Virus record (IMG/VR): IMGVR_UViG_3300024313_000600
Reading direction: 5' to 3' (one strand)
DNA from: an uncultured virus (IMG/VR IMGVR_UViG_3300024313_000600)
Taxonomy: Duplodnaviria > Heunggongvirae > Uroviricota > Caudoviricetes
Length of the DNA: 20,000 nucleotides
Position numbers and translations under genes: made by a program
The notes under the pieces: generated by a model
Seen by the model: the letters and a program-made list of their open reading frames with translations, nothing else
What the model was told of the DNA's origin: nothing
The model's database searches: none
In this document: piece by piece, positions 1 through 7,848 of the stretch
Layout of the letters: the number at the start of each line of letters is the position of its first letter
Numbering within the stretch: position 1 is the first letter of the stretch

Positions 1-2
1 AA

Positions 3-431
3 ATGCAGGAAAGAGAATATCCAGTAGATTTTAAAACCAAAAAAGTTTTTGATAAACTATTAAAATTCTTAGAGAAAGATGCTCCTTGGGGACATACTAC
101 TGCAACCGGTTTAATTATGCTATATCATAATTTAAGAGAAGCCAAGGAACTTGTTAAGGATAAAGAATTTGATGGTATTGTAGCTGTAAGATCTACTAGT
201 GTTACTATTCTTTGGCAAATGGTTACCAAGATGACTGGTTCTGGTTTTTATGAAGCAAAATCATTTGTTGAGTTAATGGCTAATGTTGGTGAATCATTAT
301 CTGAAGCCGTACAAAATGTACAAAAAGATAATCAATCTCTTAGAGATAATCATTCTGAGTTGGCTAAGGTACAACAGGAATTATCTGATTTAGAAACACA
401 AACATCTGTTGAAGGGCCAATTAATAAATAA
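3..431 (+). CDS. Hypothetical protein, possibly 5'-truncated by the window edge; C-terminal coiled-coil-like segment
   Basis: 142-aa ORF starting at the window edge; stop lies immediately before the ATG at 431; no recognisable motif. Confidence 0.75.
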   Translation: MQEREYPVDFKTKKVFDKLLKFLEKDAPWGHTTATGLIMLYHNLREAKELVKDKEFDGIVAVRSTSVTILWQMVTKMTGSGFYEAKSFVELMANVGESLSEAVQNVQKDNQSLRDNHSELAKVQQELSDLETQTSVEGPINK

Positions 432-679
432 TGGGATTCCACAAAAGACATATAAATAACGAACAGGTTATTAATTTATATAAATCTGGTGGTGTGGAAA
501 ATGTTATTAAATGGTATACTGGCAAGGTTGATGCTCTTATCTTAGAAACCGGTCTTGCTAGTAATATTAATTCTATTCTATGTGATCCTGATTGGCAAGT
601 ATTTGGTTCAGTTAAAATAAACGAGGAAATCGTTAGCTTAATTAATAAAGAACTTGGTATAGAGGACTTAAAAACGTAA
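431..679 (+). CDS. Hypothetical protein
   Basis: 82-aa ORF tightly packed between neighbours on the coding strand. Confidence 0.7.
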   Translation: MGFHKRHINNEQVINLYKSGGVENVIKWYTGKVDALILETGLASNINSILCDPDWQVFGSVKINEEIVSLINKELGIEDLKT

Positions 680-684
680 CTTAA

Positions 685-1569
685 ATGAAAATCTGCAAAA
701 TTATTTTTTCTACTAATAGGCTGGAATTTTTAGTTCCTACGCTTAGTAGCTGTAATGAAAATATAGATTGGGGAGACCATGAAGTAGATGGATTATTTAT
801 AGACGATATGCCAAAAGATCGTAATGATGACCAGATAACAGAATTAGCAAACATGTATGGCTATAATAATGTTATTTTACATAAGGAAAATAAAGGATTA
901 GGTTACACTTGGCATGAAAGTTATGAGTGGTTAAAAGATAAAGGTTATGATTATATTTTACACCAAGAAGATGACCTTATATTAAAAGGGCCTATAAAGA
1001 TTGATGATTTTATAGATGCAATGTCTTATAAGTCGGCTTATGGAGTAAGTGTAAAATATCAAGATGATTGGTATTGGAAAGATAAAGTTATAGAGTATAC
1101 TTGGGTAAAAGATAATCCAAATTTTAATTATAATTTTAATCTTGAAATAACTAATGATATTAATAAACATTATGACAAACCACCAGTAAAAGATGATAAT
1201 GAATTTCATATAATGTTTGATACTTCATTTTCTTTTTATCAATGCAATTTAATTTTAGAAGGTTATAAATTAGCTGTAGCTGATGGTCGTGGTTTAAATA
1301 ATGATGATTGGATTGCTGAAGGTATATTTGGTAGGTATATAAGAGATATACTTAAAACTAATAGACTGTGTTTAATTATTGTGGATAAAAACAATAAGGA
1401 TTTAGTAGAGCATATTGGTGAATGGTCATGGGGCCATAGGTCAACATTAAAAAGTATTATTAATGGAAGCTATAATGAATATCAAAAAACTAAAATGAAA
1501 GAAATGCTTGATAACCCTTATGCAAAAATAAATTCTAGGACTTGGGCAAATTGGACATCTTCAGATTAA
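685..1569 (+). CDS. GT-A fold (GT2-like) glycosyltransferase
   Basis: N-terminal IIFSTNR..L..TL, FIDD, ENKGLG and DYILHQEDD (DxD-like) motifs typical of GT-A/GT2 enzymes. Confidence 0.7.
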   Translation: MKICKIIFSTNRLEFLVPTLSSCNENIDWGDHEVDGLFIDDMPKDRNDDQITELANMYGYNNVILHKENKGLGYTWHESYEWLKDKGYDYILHQEDDLILKGPIKIDDFIDAMSYKSAYGVSVKYQDDWYWKDKVIEYTWVKDNPNFNYNFNLEITNDINKHYDKPPVKDDNEFHIMFDTSFSFYQCNLILEGYKLAVADGRGLNNDDWIAEGIFGRYIRDILKTNRLCLIIVDKNNKDLVEHIGEWSWGHRSTLKSIINGSYNEYQKTKMKEMLDNPYAKINSRTWANWTSSD

Positions 1570-1582
1570 CTAAATCCTAATG

Positions 1583-1590
1583 AATAAATA
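1583..1590 (+). promoter_or_regulatory. Putative late promoter AATAAATA (T4 late TATAAATA-like)
   Basis: Intergenic, 17 nt before ATG 1608; same octamer at 2949-2956 and 18831-18838 before related genes. Confidence 0.5.
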
Positions 1591-1607
1591 AAAAAATACA
1601 AATTTTT

Positions 1608-2402
1608 ATGAGATTCGTTAATAACTTCAAACAATTTATTACAGAGAAGAAAAAAGAAAGCTTTGAAGATAACATCAAAGACCATGGATATTTTAAAGAT
1701 CTATCCACCTCCACTTCAAGAAAGAAGGCAGACCAAATGAAAGATCAAGCTTCTAAGGCTGATGATGATCCTTCTGCTTACAAAGAATTACCTGGTGATA
1801 CTAAAGGTAAAAAACTTTTAAAGAAATCTAAACACACAAAAGCATTTGATGATTTATACGCTGAAGGATTAGAAGAAATGATAATCAATGAAGGTGTAAT
1901 GAGTGAATTGCATATAATGATGGAAGAAGCTAAAAACTTTGCAGAATTTAAGAAAAGATTCTATAAAGAATTTAGTGATAAAGTTAAACCTAATAAAGAT
2001 TTAGATAATTGGCTAAAGGAACTTTATTCTGATGGGTTAGGAGAATCTTTAGATGAAAAGGCTAGTGGTGATCGTGGACCTATAGGCGGTAAAGGTATTG
2101 AAACTGGTCTTAAGAATAAATCAAAACAAACTGGTGTATCATTACCTCTATTAAGATTAGTAATGAGAAGAGGTATGGCTGCATGGAAAGCTGGTCATAG
2201 ACCTGGTGCTGGCCAAGAACAGTGGGGTTATGCTAGAGTTAATTCATTTTTAACTAAAGCTCCTGGTACTTGGGGTAGACCTTTAGATGATCCTAAAAAG
2301 AATGGACCTAAAGGTTCTTATGGAGCTGATGCTGATATTGCTAAAGAAGTAATAAAGAAAGGTGAAGATAAGAAATTAAAAACAACAGGGTTACCTAAAT
2401 AA
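1608..2402 (+). CDS. Putative virion (head-internal) protein; C-terminal RRGMAAWKAGHRPGA..QWGYARVNSF domain (DUF5824-like, from recall)
   Basis: N-terminus MRFVNNFKQFITE resembles the T4 capsid-targeting sequence; internal IINE and ESLDE motifs; C-terminal motif recalled from marine phages and large DNA viruses. Confidence 0.65.
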   Translation: MRFVNNFKQFITEKKKESFEDNIKDHGYFKDLSTSTSRKKADQMKDQASKADDDPSAYKELPGDTKGKKLLKKSKHTKAFDDLYAEGLEEMIINEGVMSELHIMMEEAKNFAEFKKRFYKEFSDKVKPNKDLDNWLKELYSDGLGESLDEKASGDRGPIGGKGIETGLKNKSKQTGVSLPLLRLVMRRGMAAWKAGHRPGAGQEQWGYARVNSFLTKAPGTWGRPLDDPKKNGPKGSYGADADIAKEVIKKGEDKKLKTTGLPK

Positions 2403-2403
2403 T

Positions 2404-2949
2404 ATGAAATTTGTAAAAGGCTTTAAAGATTTTGATAAAGTATCTGAAGAACTTAAATACCATATAGATAATGGATTAGGTTTAGAGGATACTGTTTTCC
2501 GTTTAGGTTCAGATGCTCATGCTAAATTATTTGAAGAAGCAGAACAGTATTGGGATAAAGGAAATATAGTATTAAACGGTAAGAGTGGATGGATGGCAAA
2601 AAACTTAGAAGTAGGAAAGAAGGCTATTTATAAAGATCGAAAAACAGGAAGAACTAAAAAAGTTAAATTAGATTCACCAGAACGAGGAGGTAATAGAAAG
2701 TTTATTGTTTATCGTAATACTGGTAGAACTGATAAAGAAACTGGTGAAATAGTAGCAAAGAAAATTGAATGGGGAGATCCAGGATTAACTGTAAAGAATG
2801 ATGATCCAGGAAGAGCTAAAAGTTTCTGGGCTAGACATCAATGTGATCAAAAGAAAAAGATGGATCCTAATAAGACAGGATTCTGGGCATGTTATGGACC
2901 TTCTCTGTTTGGAAAGCAGTTAGGTTTAAAATCAACTAACCCTTGGTAA
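2404..2949 (+). CDS. Conserved phage protein with WGDP..KSFWARHxC..FWAC motif; putative head-internal protein
   Basis: N-terminus MKFVKGFKDFDKVSE; C-terminal basic domain resembling the KSFRARHxC...YWSC family of marine T4-like phages (recall). Confidence 0.6.
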   Translation: MKFVKGFKDFDKVSEELKYHIDNGLGLEDTVFRLGSDAHAKLFEEAEQYWDKGNIVLNGKSGWMAKNLEVGKKAIYKDRKTGRTKKVKLDSPERGGNRKFIVYRNTGRTDKETGEIVAKKIEWGDPGLTVKNDDPGRAKSFWARHQCDQKKKMDPNKTGFWACYGPSLFGKQLGLKSTNPW

Positions 2950-2956
2950 ATAAATA
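2949..2956 (+). promoter_or_regulatory. Putative late promoter AATAAATA
   Basis: 23 nt upstream of ATG 2980; overlaps the previous stop codon. Confidence 0.45.
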
Positions 2957-2979
2957 AAACAATAAAAATAAACAAAGAT

Positions 2980-4338
2980 ATGAAATTTATTCCAAATTAT
3001 GGAGATTTTAAGAATTCATTGAATGAAGCTGCATTTAATTTTAATGACAGTTTAGATGAAACTAAACTAGGACAAGCTGCAAATATAATCTGCTCCTTTT
3101 TAAATAAGAAAACTAAATTAGATTTTAAAGTCTTTCCCTTTGGTGTTAAATCAAATGGTGTTGAAGGTGTTATGCTATATAGTGATAAAGGTACCGCTGC
3201 TGTTAGGGTAGGTGGTAAAGGAATGAATAGAGGTCCAGGTATTGTTGGTGATCTTGCTTTCTTTTCTGACGCAGGAAGTAGAAAGGCTGATTTTGTTATG
3301 AGTAGTGATTCCTTTCCTATTACTGCTTTGGTTAGTGAATTTGCTAAATTAATCAGTGAACCTTCTTATGCTAAAGAAGTTGAAACTTTACAAGAATCTG
3401 TTAATGAAGGTAAGCGTGGTGTATTAACTGCACAAGAACAGAAAATGGTAATGAAACAATTAAAATCTGGCAAGAGTGCTGCAAAGATCTCTAGGGATCT
3501 TGGTATATCATACGGTGCAATTCTTAAATTAAAAAGAAATGAAAATGTTACTTTAGAAGAACCTGCTGCGGTAAAAGTAAATGAAGAAACTTTAGCAGAT
3601 AAGGTTAAATTCTTAGATGAAACATTACAAGATATTTATGATATAGCCAGAAAGGTTGCTGCAGGCGCATTTAATTCATTAATGATATCTGGTAGAGCCG
3701 GTACTGGTAAAACCTTTAGTGTAGAGAAAGCACTAACAGATGAAGGGCTTGTTGCAGATGATGATTACATTATGGTGTCTGGCGCAGTATCAACAATTAT
3801 GATGTTTAAGAAAATGTATCAATATAGAAATAAGGTTTTAGTATTTGATGATTGTGATGCTGTCTTTAGAGATGAAAATGGTCGTAACATATTAAAGGCT
3901 GCACTTGATACAAAAGCAGTAAGAAGAATATCTTATCTTAAGAAGAGTGGATTAGTATTTGATCCTAAGGATTTTGAAATGGATCCTGAAGGGGAATTTA
4001 ATATGATAGAAAACGGTATGGTACCAGCATACTTTGATTTTGTAGGTAGAGTAATATTTATTTCTAACCTTGCAAAAGATAAGGCTGATCCTGATGGAGC
4101 TATTCGTTCAAGGTCTATTCTGATGGATGTTAATCCAGATGATGCTACTCTTATGGAAAGAATTAAAACTTTACTCCCTTATCTTGATCCTAAGGATATG
4201 CCTTTAGCAGATAAAGAAGAAATTTATGACTTTATGAAAAAGGCCAACGACGTTTCAATGAGAACCTTTGTTAAAGCCGCAGGACTTAAACAAGCAGGTT
4301 TAAAGAACTGGGAAAGAATGACAAAAAGATATTTATAA
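2980..4338 (+). CDS. Multidomain protein: CTS-like N-terminus, unknown domain, HTH, and AAA+/P-loop ATPase
   Basis: Walker A GRAGTGKT, Walker B VLVFDDCD, sensor-1-like VIFISN, arginine-finger-like AIRSRS; HTH-like KSAAKISRDLGISYGAILKLK; NSLNE and ESVNE motifs. Confidence 0.8.
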   Translation: MKFIPNYGDFKNSLNEAAFNFNDSLDETKLGQAANIICSFLNKKTKLDFKVFPFGVKSNGVEGVMLYSDKGTAAVRVGGKGMNRGPGIVGDLAFFSDAGSRKADFVMSSDSFPITALVSEFAKLISEPSYAKEVETLQESVNEGKRGVLTAQEQKMVMKQLKSGKSAAKISRDLGISYGAILKLKRNENVTLEEPAAVKVNEETLADKVKFLDETLQDIYDIARKVAAGAFNSLMISGRAGTGKTFSVEKALTDEGLVADDDYIMVSGAVSTIMMFKKMYQYRNKVLVFDDCDAVFRDENGRNILKAALDTKAVRRISYLKKSGLVFDPKDFEMDPEGEFNMIENGMVPAYFDFVGRVIFISNLAKDKADPDGAIRSRSILMDVNPDDATLMERIKTLLPYLDPKDMPLADKEEIYDFMKKANDVSMRTFVKAAGLKQAGLKNWERMTKRYL

Positions 4339-4340
4339 TT

Positions 4341-5948
4341 ATGAAATATATTAAATCTAAATCTGATTTTATAGCTGAAAGTAAATCCTATAAATTAAAC
4401 GAAGGTCAATTTTCATGGATGACTCATGATACTGACGAACAAATTGGTTCAGAAAAACAAAATACCATTGATGTCTATATGTATGACAACGAAGGTAATA
4501 AATGGAAGGAAACTAGATATGATGGTTACGGTAACTTTGGTGGACAGGATTATTATGATCTTGTTGCTACTATGAATGGTTATGATGCTGATAGAGAAAA
4601 AGGAGTTGATTTAGCTTTCGGTAAATTGAAAACTAAAGATAAAAAGAGAAAGACTTTATTTCCTGCATTAGTTACAGATCCTAGGTATAATTGGAAAAGG
4701 CACGATTTTACAGAAGAGGCTGATGGCGATCCTAACCAATCATGGTACCAAGAAGAAGAAGACGATCGATATGGGTATGATGATTATTATGAATCTACAG
4801 TTACTGAAGGTAAAGGGTGGAACGACGTTGCAAGAGTAATGGATGCTGGATTAAAAAAGGCCATAAAGAAAGGGATAACCAATTTAAGGTATGCACAAGA
4901 TTATGTTAAATCATTAGAAAGAATGGCAAAGAAAAATGCTAAACAGTTCTTTAATGATTATGGAGATTTTACTGAAGATGATTTTATTGAAGATGTAAGG
5001 TATAATATGGCTAATGAAAAAGTCAATGAAGCTAGAAGAGCTGCCGCTGATAAATTACTTAAAGATGTTATAAATGGTAATGCATCTGAAGTTGAAGGTA
5101 TTAAATTATCTAAGGATATGGCACAAGGCTTTGCGGATTGGTTACGATATTCTACTTACGGTAAAAAGTTTGGAGCTTTACCTTTTGATAAATTATTTAC
5201 TGCTTCATTTAATTGGGGATTAGATAGATTTGTTAAAGGTGCCAATACTAAAGTAAAGGATGAGTTTAAAGAACTTAAGGCTAAAGCCAAAGAAATGCGT
5301 AAGGCTGAAATGAAAGGTGAATCTATTACTGAAGCTAAAGAAATGAGCAAGAAAGAAGTTCGTGATCTTAAGATAAAGATTAATAATGCAAGAACAATTG
5401 GTAAATATTTTACAAAGGATGAGGTAGAATTTTTACAGTCATTATTTGAATCAGTTAATGAAGGTAAAGGAGATAAGGCTGTAAGCATGGCTCAGAAAAA
5501 ATTAGATAAGGTTATGACAGATCTTAAAGCTAATCTTTTAAAATTTAAAGGTGCTAAGACCGATGCAGATAAAGAAACATTTAAATCTGAAGCAAAGAGA
5601 TTAACTAAGTTAAGAAAAGATGCGCATGATAATTTAGAGCAAGCTATTAAAGATGCTTATGCTGATGTTGAATTAGTAGTAATGGAAAATTACGATAATG
5701 ATCAAAGAAAAGAAATGGCAGCAAAAGGATTAGCATTACCTGATGGTAGCTTTCCAATTAAAAACTTAGAAGATTTAAAGAATGCTATTCAGGCATACGG
5801 TAGAGCAAAAGATCAGGCAGCCGCTGCTAAGTTTATAGCAAAAAGAGCAAAGGCTTTAGGTGCTGAGGATTTAATTCCAGACACTGAAGATTTTCAAAAA
5901 GCTTTAAAAGAAGCATCATTCGGAAGAATACCAAAATTTGGAAAGTAA
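4341..5948 (+). CDS. Putative head-packaged modular polyprotein (about 6 modules); last module has a GLALPDGSFPI..DL.NAI.AYGRAK phage domain
   Basis: 535 aa; N-terminus MKYIKSKSDFIAE; junction motifs KLNE, ESTVTE, EKVNE, ESITE, ESVNE, VVME. Confidence 0.7.
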   Translation: MKYIKSKSDFIAESKSYKLNEGQFSWMTHDTDEQIGSEKQNTIDVYMYDNEGNKWKETRYDGYGNFGGQDYYDLVATMNGYDADREKGVDLAFGKLKTKDKKRKTLFPALVTDPRYNWKRHDFTEEADGDPNQSWYQEEEDDRYGYDDYYESTVTEGKGWNDVARVMDAGLKKAIKKGITNLRYAQDYVKSLERMAKKNAKQFFNDYGDFTEDDFIEDVRYNMANEKVNEARRAAADKLLKDVINGNASEVEGIKLSKDMAQGFADWLRYSTYGKKFGALPFDKLFTASFNWGLDRFVKGANTKVKDEFKELKAKAKEMRKAEMKGESITEAKEMSKKEVRDLKIKINNARTIGKYFTKDEVEFLQSLFESVNEGKGDKAVSMAQKKLDKVMTDLKANLLKFKGAKTDADKETFKSEAKRLTKLRKDAHDNLEQAIKDAYADVELVVMENYDNDQRKEMAAKGLALPDGSFPIKNLEDLKNAIQAYGRAKDQAAAAKFIAKRAKALGAEDLIPDTEDFQKALKEASFGRIPKFGK

Positions 5949-5949
5949 T

Positions 5950-6162
5950 ATGAAATCATTTAAACAATTTAACGAAAACAACCAAATACCTCTAAATGAA
6001 GGTAACGGTCAAACACTTAAAGAATTTGGAGATCTTTTAGCTATGCTTAGAGATGATACATCAAGTATAGAAAAATCTATTGGAGAGATGGATGGTAAAA
6101 AGGCTAGAACTTTACAAAAACAAATAACTACACTTTACAATAGTTTATTTAAATTAAATTAG
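5950..6162 (+). CDS. Small putative head-internal protein
   Basis: Start re-called at ATG 5950 (MKSFKQFNENNQIPLNE), 1 nt after the upstream stop, instead of 5938. Confidence 0.65.
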   Translation: MKSFKQFNENNQIPLNEGNGQTLKEFGDLLAMLRDDTSSIEKSIGEMDGKKARTLQKQITTLYNSLFKLN

Positions 6163-6171
6163 ACAGATAAT

Positions 6172-7401
6172 ATGAAATATTTTAAAACATATGAAGCATA
6201 TAGATATGGTGTTAATGGAGTAGGATCTCTTAGGAATTCATTAGCTGCATTAAAAAGACAAAATATTAATGGTCGTTATGTAGATCCTGAAATATTGGCA
6301 AAAGCAATCCGTAATGAATATGAAGCTATCACAGGCGAGAAATATGAGGATGAAGTTCAGATGTCAATGGATAACACTATTGCTGATATCATTGGTCATT
6401 ATAAACTAGATGGACCAGATTTTATGGCAGCATGGGATAAAGTAGTTAAAGAATCAATTAATGAAGCTAGTGATCAACAAAGATTAACTCATTTAAGAAA
6501 ATTTGGAATTGCACCTAATAACCAACCACAAAACGGTGCTTATATAAAACGAGTAGCAAAACCTGGAAAATTCTTCGTGGATTGGAAAGATGCTTTTGAT
6601 CTAGGTGACGTTGCATTAGAATTTATTAAATCAGCTGGAAGTGAATCTGTATTTGATATTATTGATCTTAACACAATGAAACGTACAGGAAAACAATACT
6701 TCATTAAGAAAGGTGATTTAAAAAACTTAAGAACTACTTATGGCGTTCGAGTTAATGAATCTATTACTGAAGCTAAAGGAGGTCAAATTATGCCAGGAGA
6801 TTATGTTAAAAGCCAATATGGCGATATCTACCTAAGAGTAGATGGAAAGGTTGGTGGAGCTGATGCTTATGTAAGAGTTACTAAAGGTAAAGCTGGTAAA
6901 AGAAAAACTAGTTTACATGACTCTGTAAAATTAACATTAGTAAATAAGGACGGATTAGAAGAATCGGTTAATGATGCTTCTAATAATTTAGAAAAGATAT
7001 TTGGAACTGATCAAGAAACAATGGATATGTTTCAACGCATTGAAGATGAAGGTACTGTAAAGGATATGATAGAATTTATTGATGAATTCGGTAATGAAGA
7101 AATGTTATCACGTTATGGAATAAAATCAACAGCTCAAGTAAAAAAGCTTGCTAAAACTATAATGAATGAATCTTATGAAGGTAACTTTACCGATTTTAAA
7201 TATGATTTAGAAATGGCTATAGATAATATGGATCTTTCTCCTAAGGCAATTAAATCAGTCAAGAAAAAAGGTAAAGGATATGAAGTAAGACTATCTTCTT
7301 ATATGAGTGATAAATCTACATGGGAAAAGATTGGTGATACAATCGGAGCCACGCTTATATCATTTAAACCTGGTAGTATTAATATTGGAATATACGAATA
7401 A
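6172..7401 (+). CDS. Putative head-packaged modular polyprotein (about 5 modules)
   Basis: 409 aa; N-terminus MKYFKTYE; junction motifs ESINE, VNESITE, ESVND, IMNE. Confidence 0.7.
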   Translation: MKYFKTYEAYRYGVNGVGSLRNSLAALKRQNINGRYVDPEILAKAIRNEYEAITGEKYEDEVQMSMDNTIADIIGHYKLDGPDFMAAWDKVVKESINEASDQQRLTHLRKFGIAPNNQPQNGAYIKRVAKPGKFFVDWKDAFDLGDVALEFIKSAGSESVFDIIDLNTMKRTGKQYFIKKGDLKNLRTTYGVRVNESITEAKGGQIMPGDYVKSQYGDIYLRVDGKVGGADAYVRVTKGKAGKRKTSLHDSVKLTLVNKDGLEESVNDASNNLEKIFGTDQETMDMFQRIEDEGTVKDMIEFIDEFGNEEMLSRYGIKSTAQVKKLAKTIMNESYEGNFTDFKYDLEMAIDNMDLSPKAIKSVKKKGKGYEVRLSSYMSDKSTWEKIGDTIGATLISFKPGSINIGIYE

Positions 7402-7404
7402 GCA

Positions 7405-7746
7405 ATGAAAGATTGTAAATGTAAATCGTGTAAGTGTAATGAATTAACTAATGAGCAAGTAATTAATCAGATGGAAGATCAAACTAAACCTTTTACACAA
7501 GAAGATTATTCTACTGATACGGTACTACGACACTTTGACAAAAGTGCACCAGATCATTTATATAAATGGCATGCCGATGATGAAGATCGTTTTGTAGAAT
7601 CTCTTAACGAAAACGATTGGCAATTTCAATTTGATAACGAATTACCACAATCAATAGAGCCAGGTAAAATTATTCACATACCTAAAGGCTTAATCCACCG
7701 CCTAATTAAAGGCACCTCCGAATTAAGTATTTCAATTAAATCTTAG
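7405..7746 (+). CDS. Cupin-fold protein
   Basis: KWHADDEDR and IHIPKGLIHRLIKG match cupin motifs 1 and 2; Cys-rich N-terminus CKCKSCKC. Confidence 0.7.
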   Translation: MKDCKCKSCKCNELTNEQVINQMEDQTKPFTQEDYSTDTVLRHFDKSAPDHLYKWHADDEDRFVESLNENDWQFQFDNELPQSIEPGKIIHIPKGLIHRLIKGTSELSISIKS

Positions 7747-7747
7747 C

Positions 7748-7776
7748 TTAAACCATTTTCTTTTTTTAGGTATAAT
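7748..7776 (+). promoter_or_regulatory. Putative promoter class B: TTAAAC-N17-TATAAT
   Basis: Same bipartite motif at 9864-9892 and 13643-13672. Confidence 0.5.
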
Positions 7777-7796
7777 TAATATAGAAACATTAAGGC

Positions 7797-7826
7797 TTTC
7801 AGAAACCTAAAAATGTTGTTATAATT
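7797..7826 (+). promoter_or_regulatory. Putative promoter class A: TTTCA-N18-TATAATT
   Basis: Same spacing as copies at 14779, 16146 and 17317. Confidence 0.5.
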
Positions 7827-7848
7827 ATTTTATAAATCAAAACTAACT

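Noticed and set aside
451..458. Exact T4 late promoter TATAAATA
   Set aside because: Inside ORF 431-679, far from the next start codon; expected by chance in AT-rich DNA
5938..5949. ORF-track starts at 5938 and 19194
   Set aside because: Both overlap the upstream gene; the downstream ATGs at 5950 and 19218 sit 1 nt after the upstream stop and begin exactly with the shared tag
7597..7611. ESLNE motif inside the cupin protein
   Set aside because: It falls between the two cupin motifs in a protein without the N-terminal tag; likely chance, and a reminder that single motif hits are not proof of cleavage
7793..7808. Short hairpin AGGCTTTCAGAAACCT as a terminator
   Set aside because: Weak bulged stem without a following U-tract; better explained as part of the class A promoter motif
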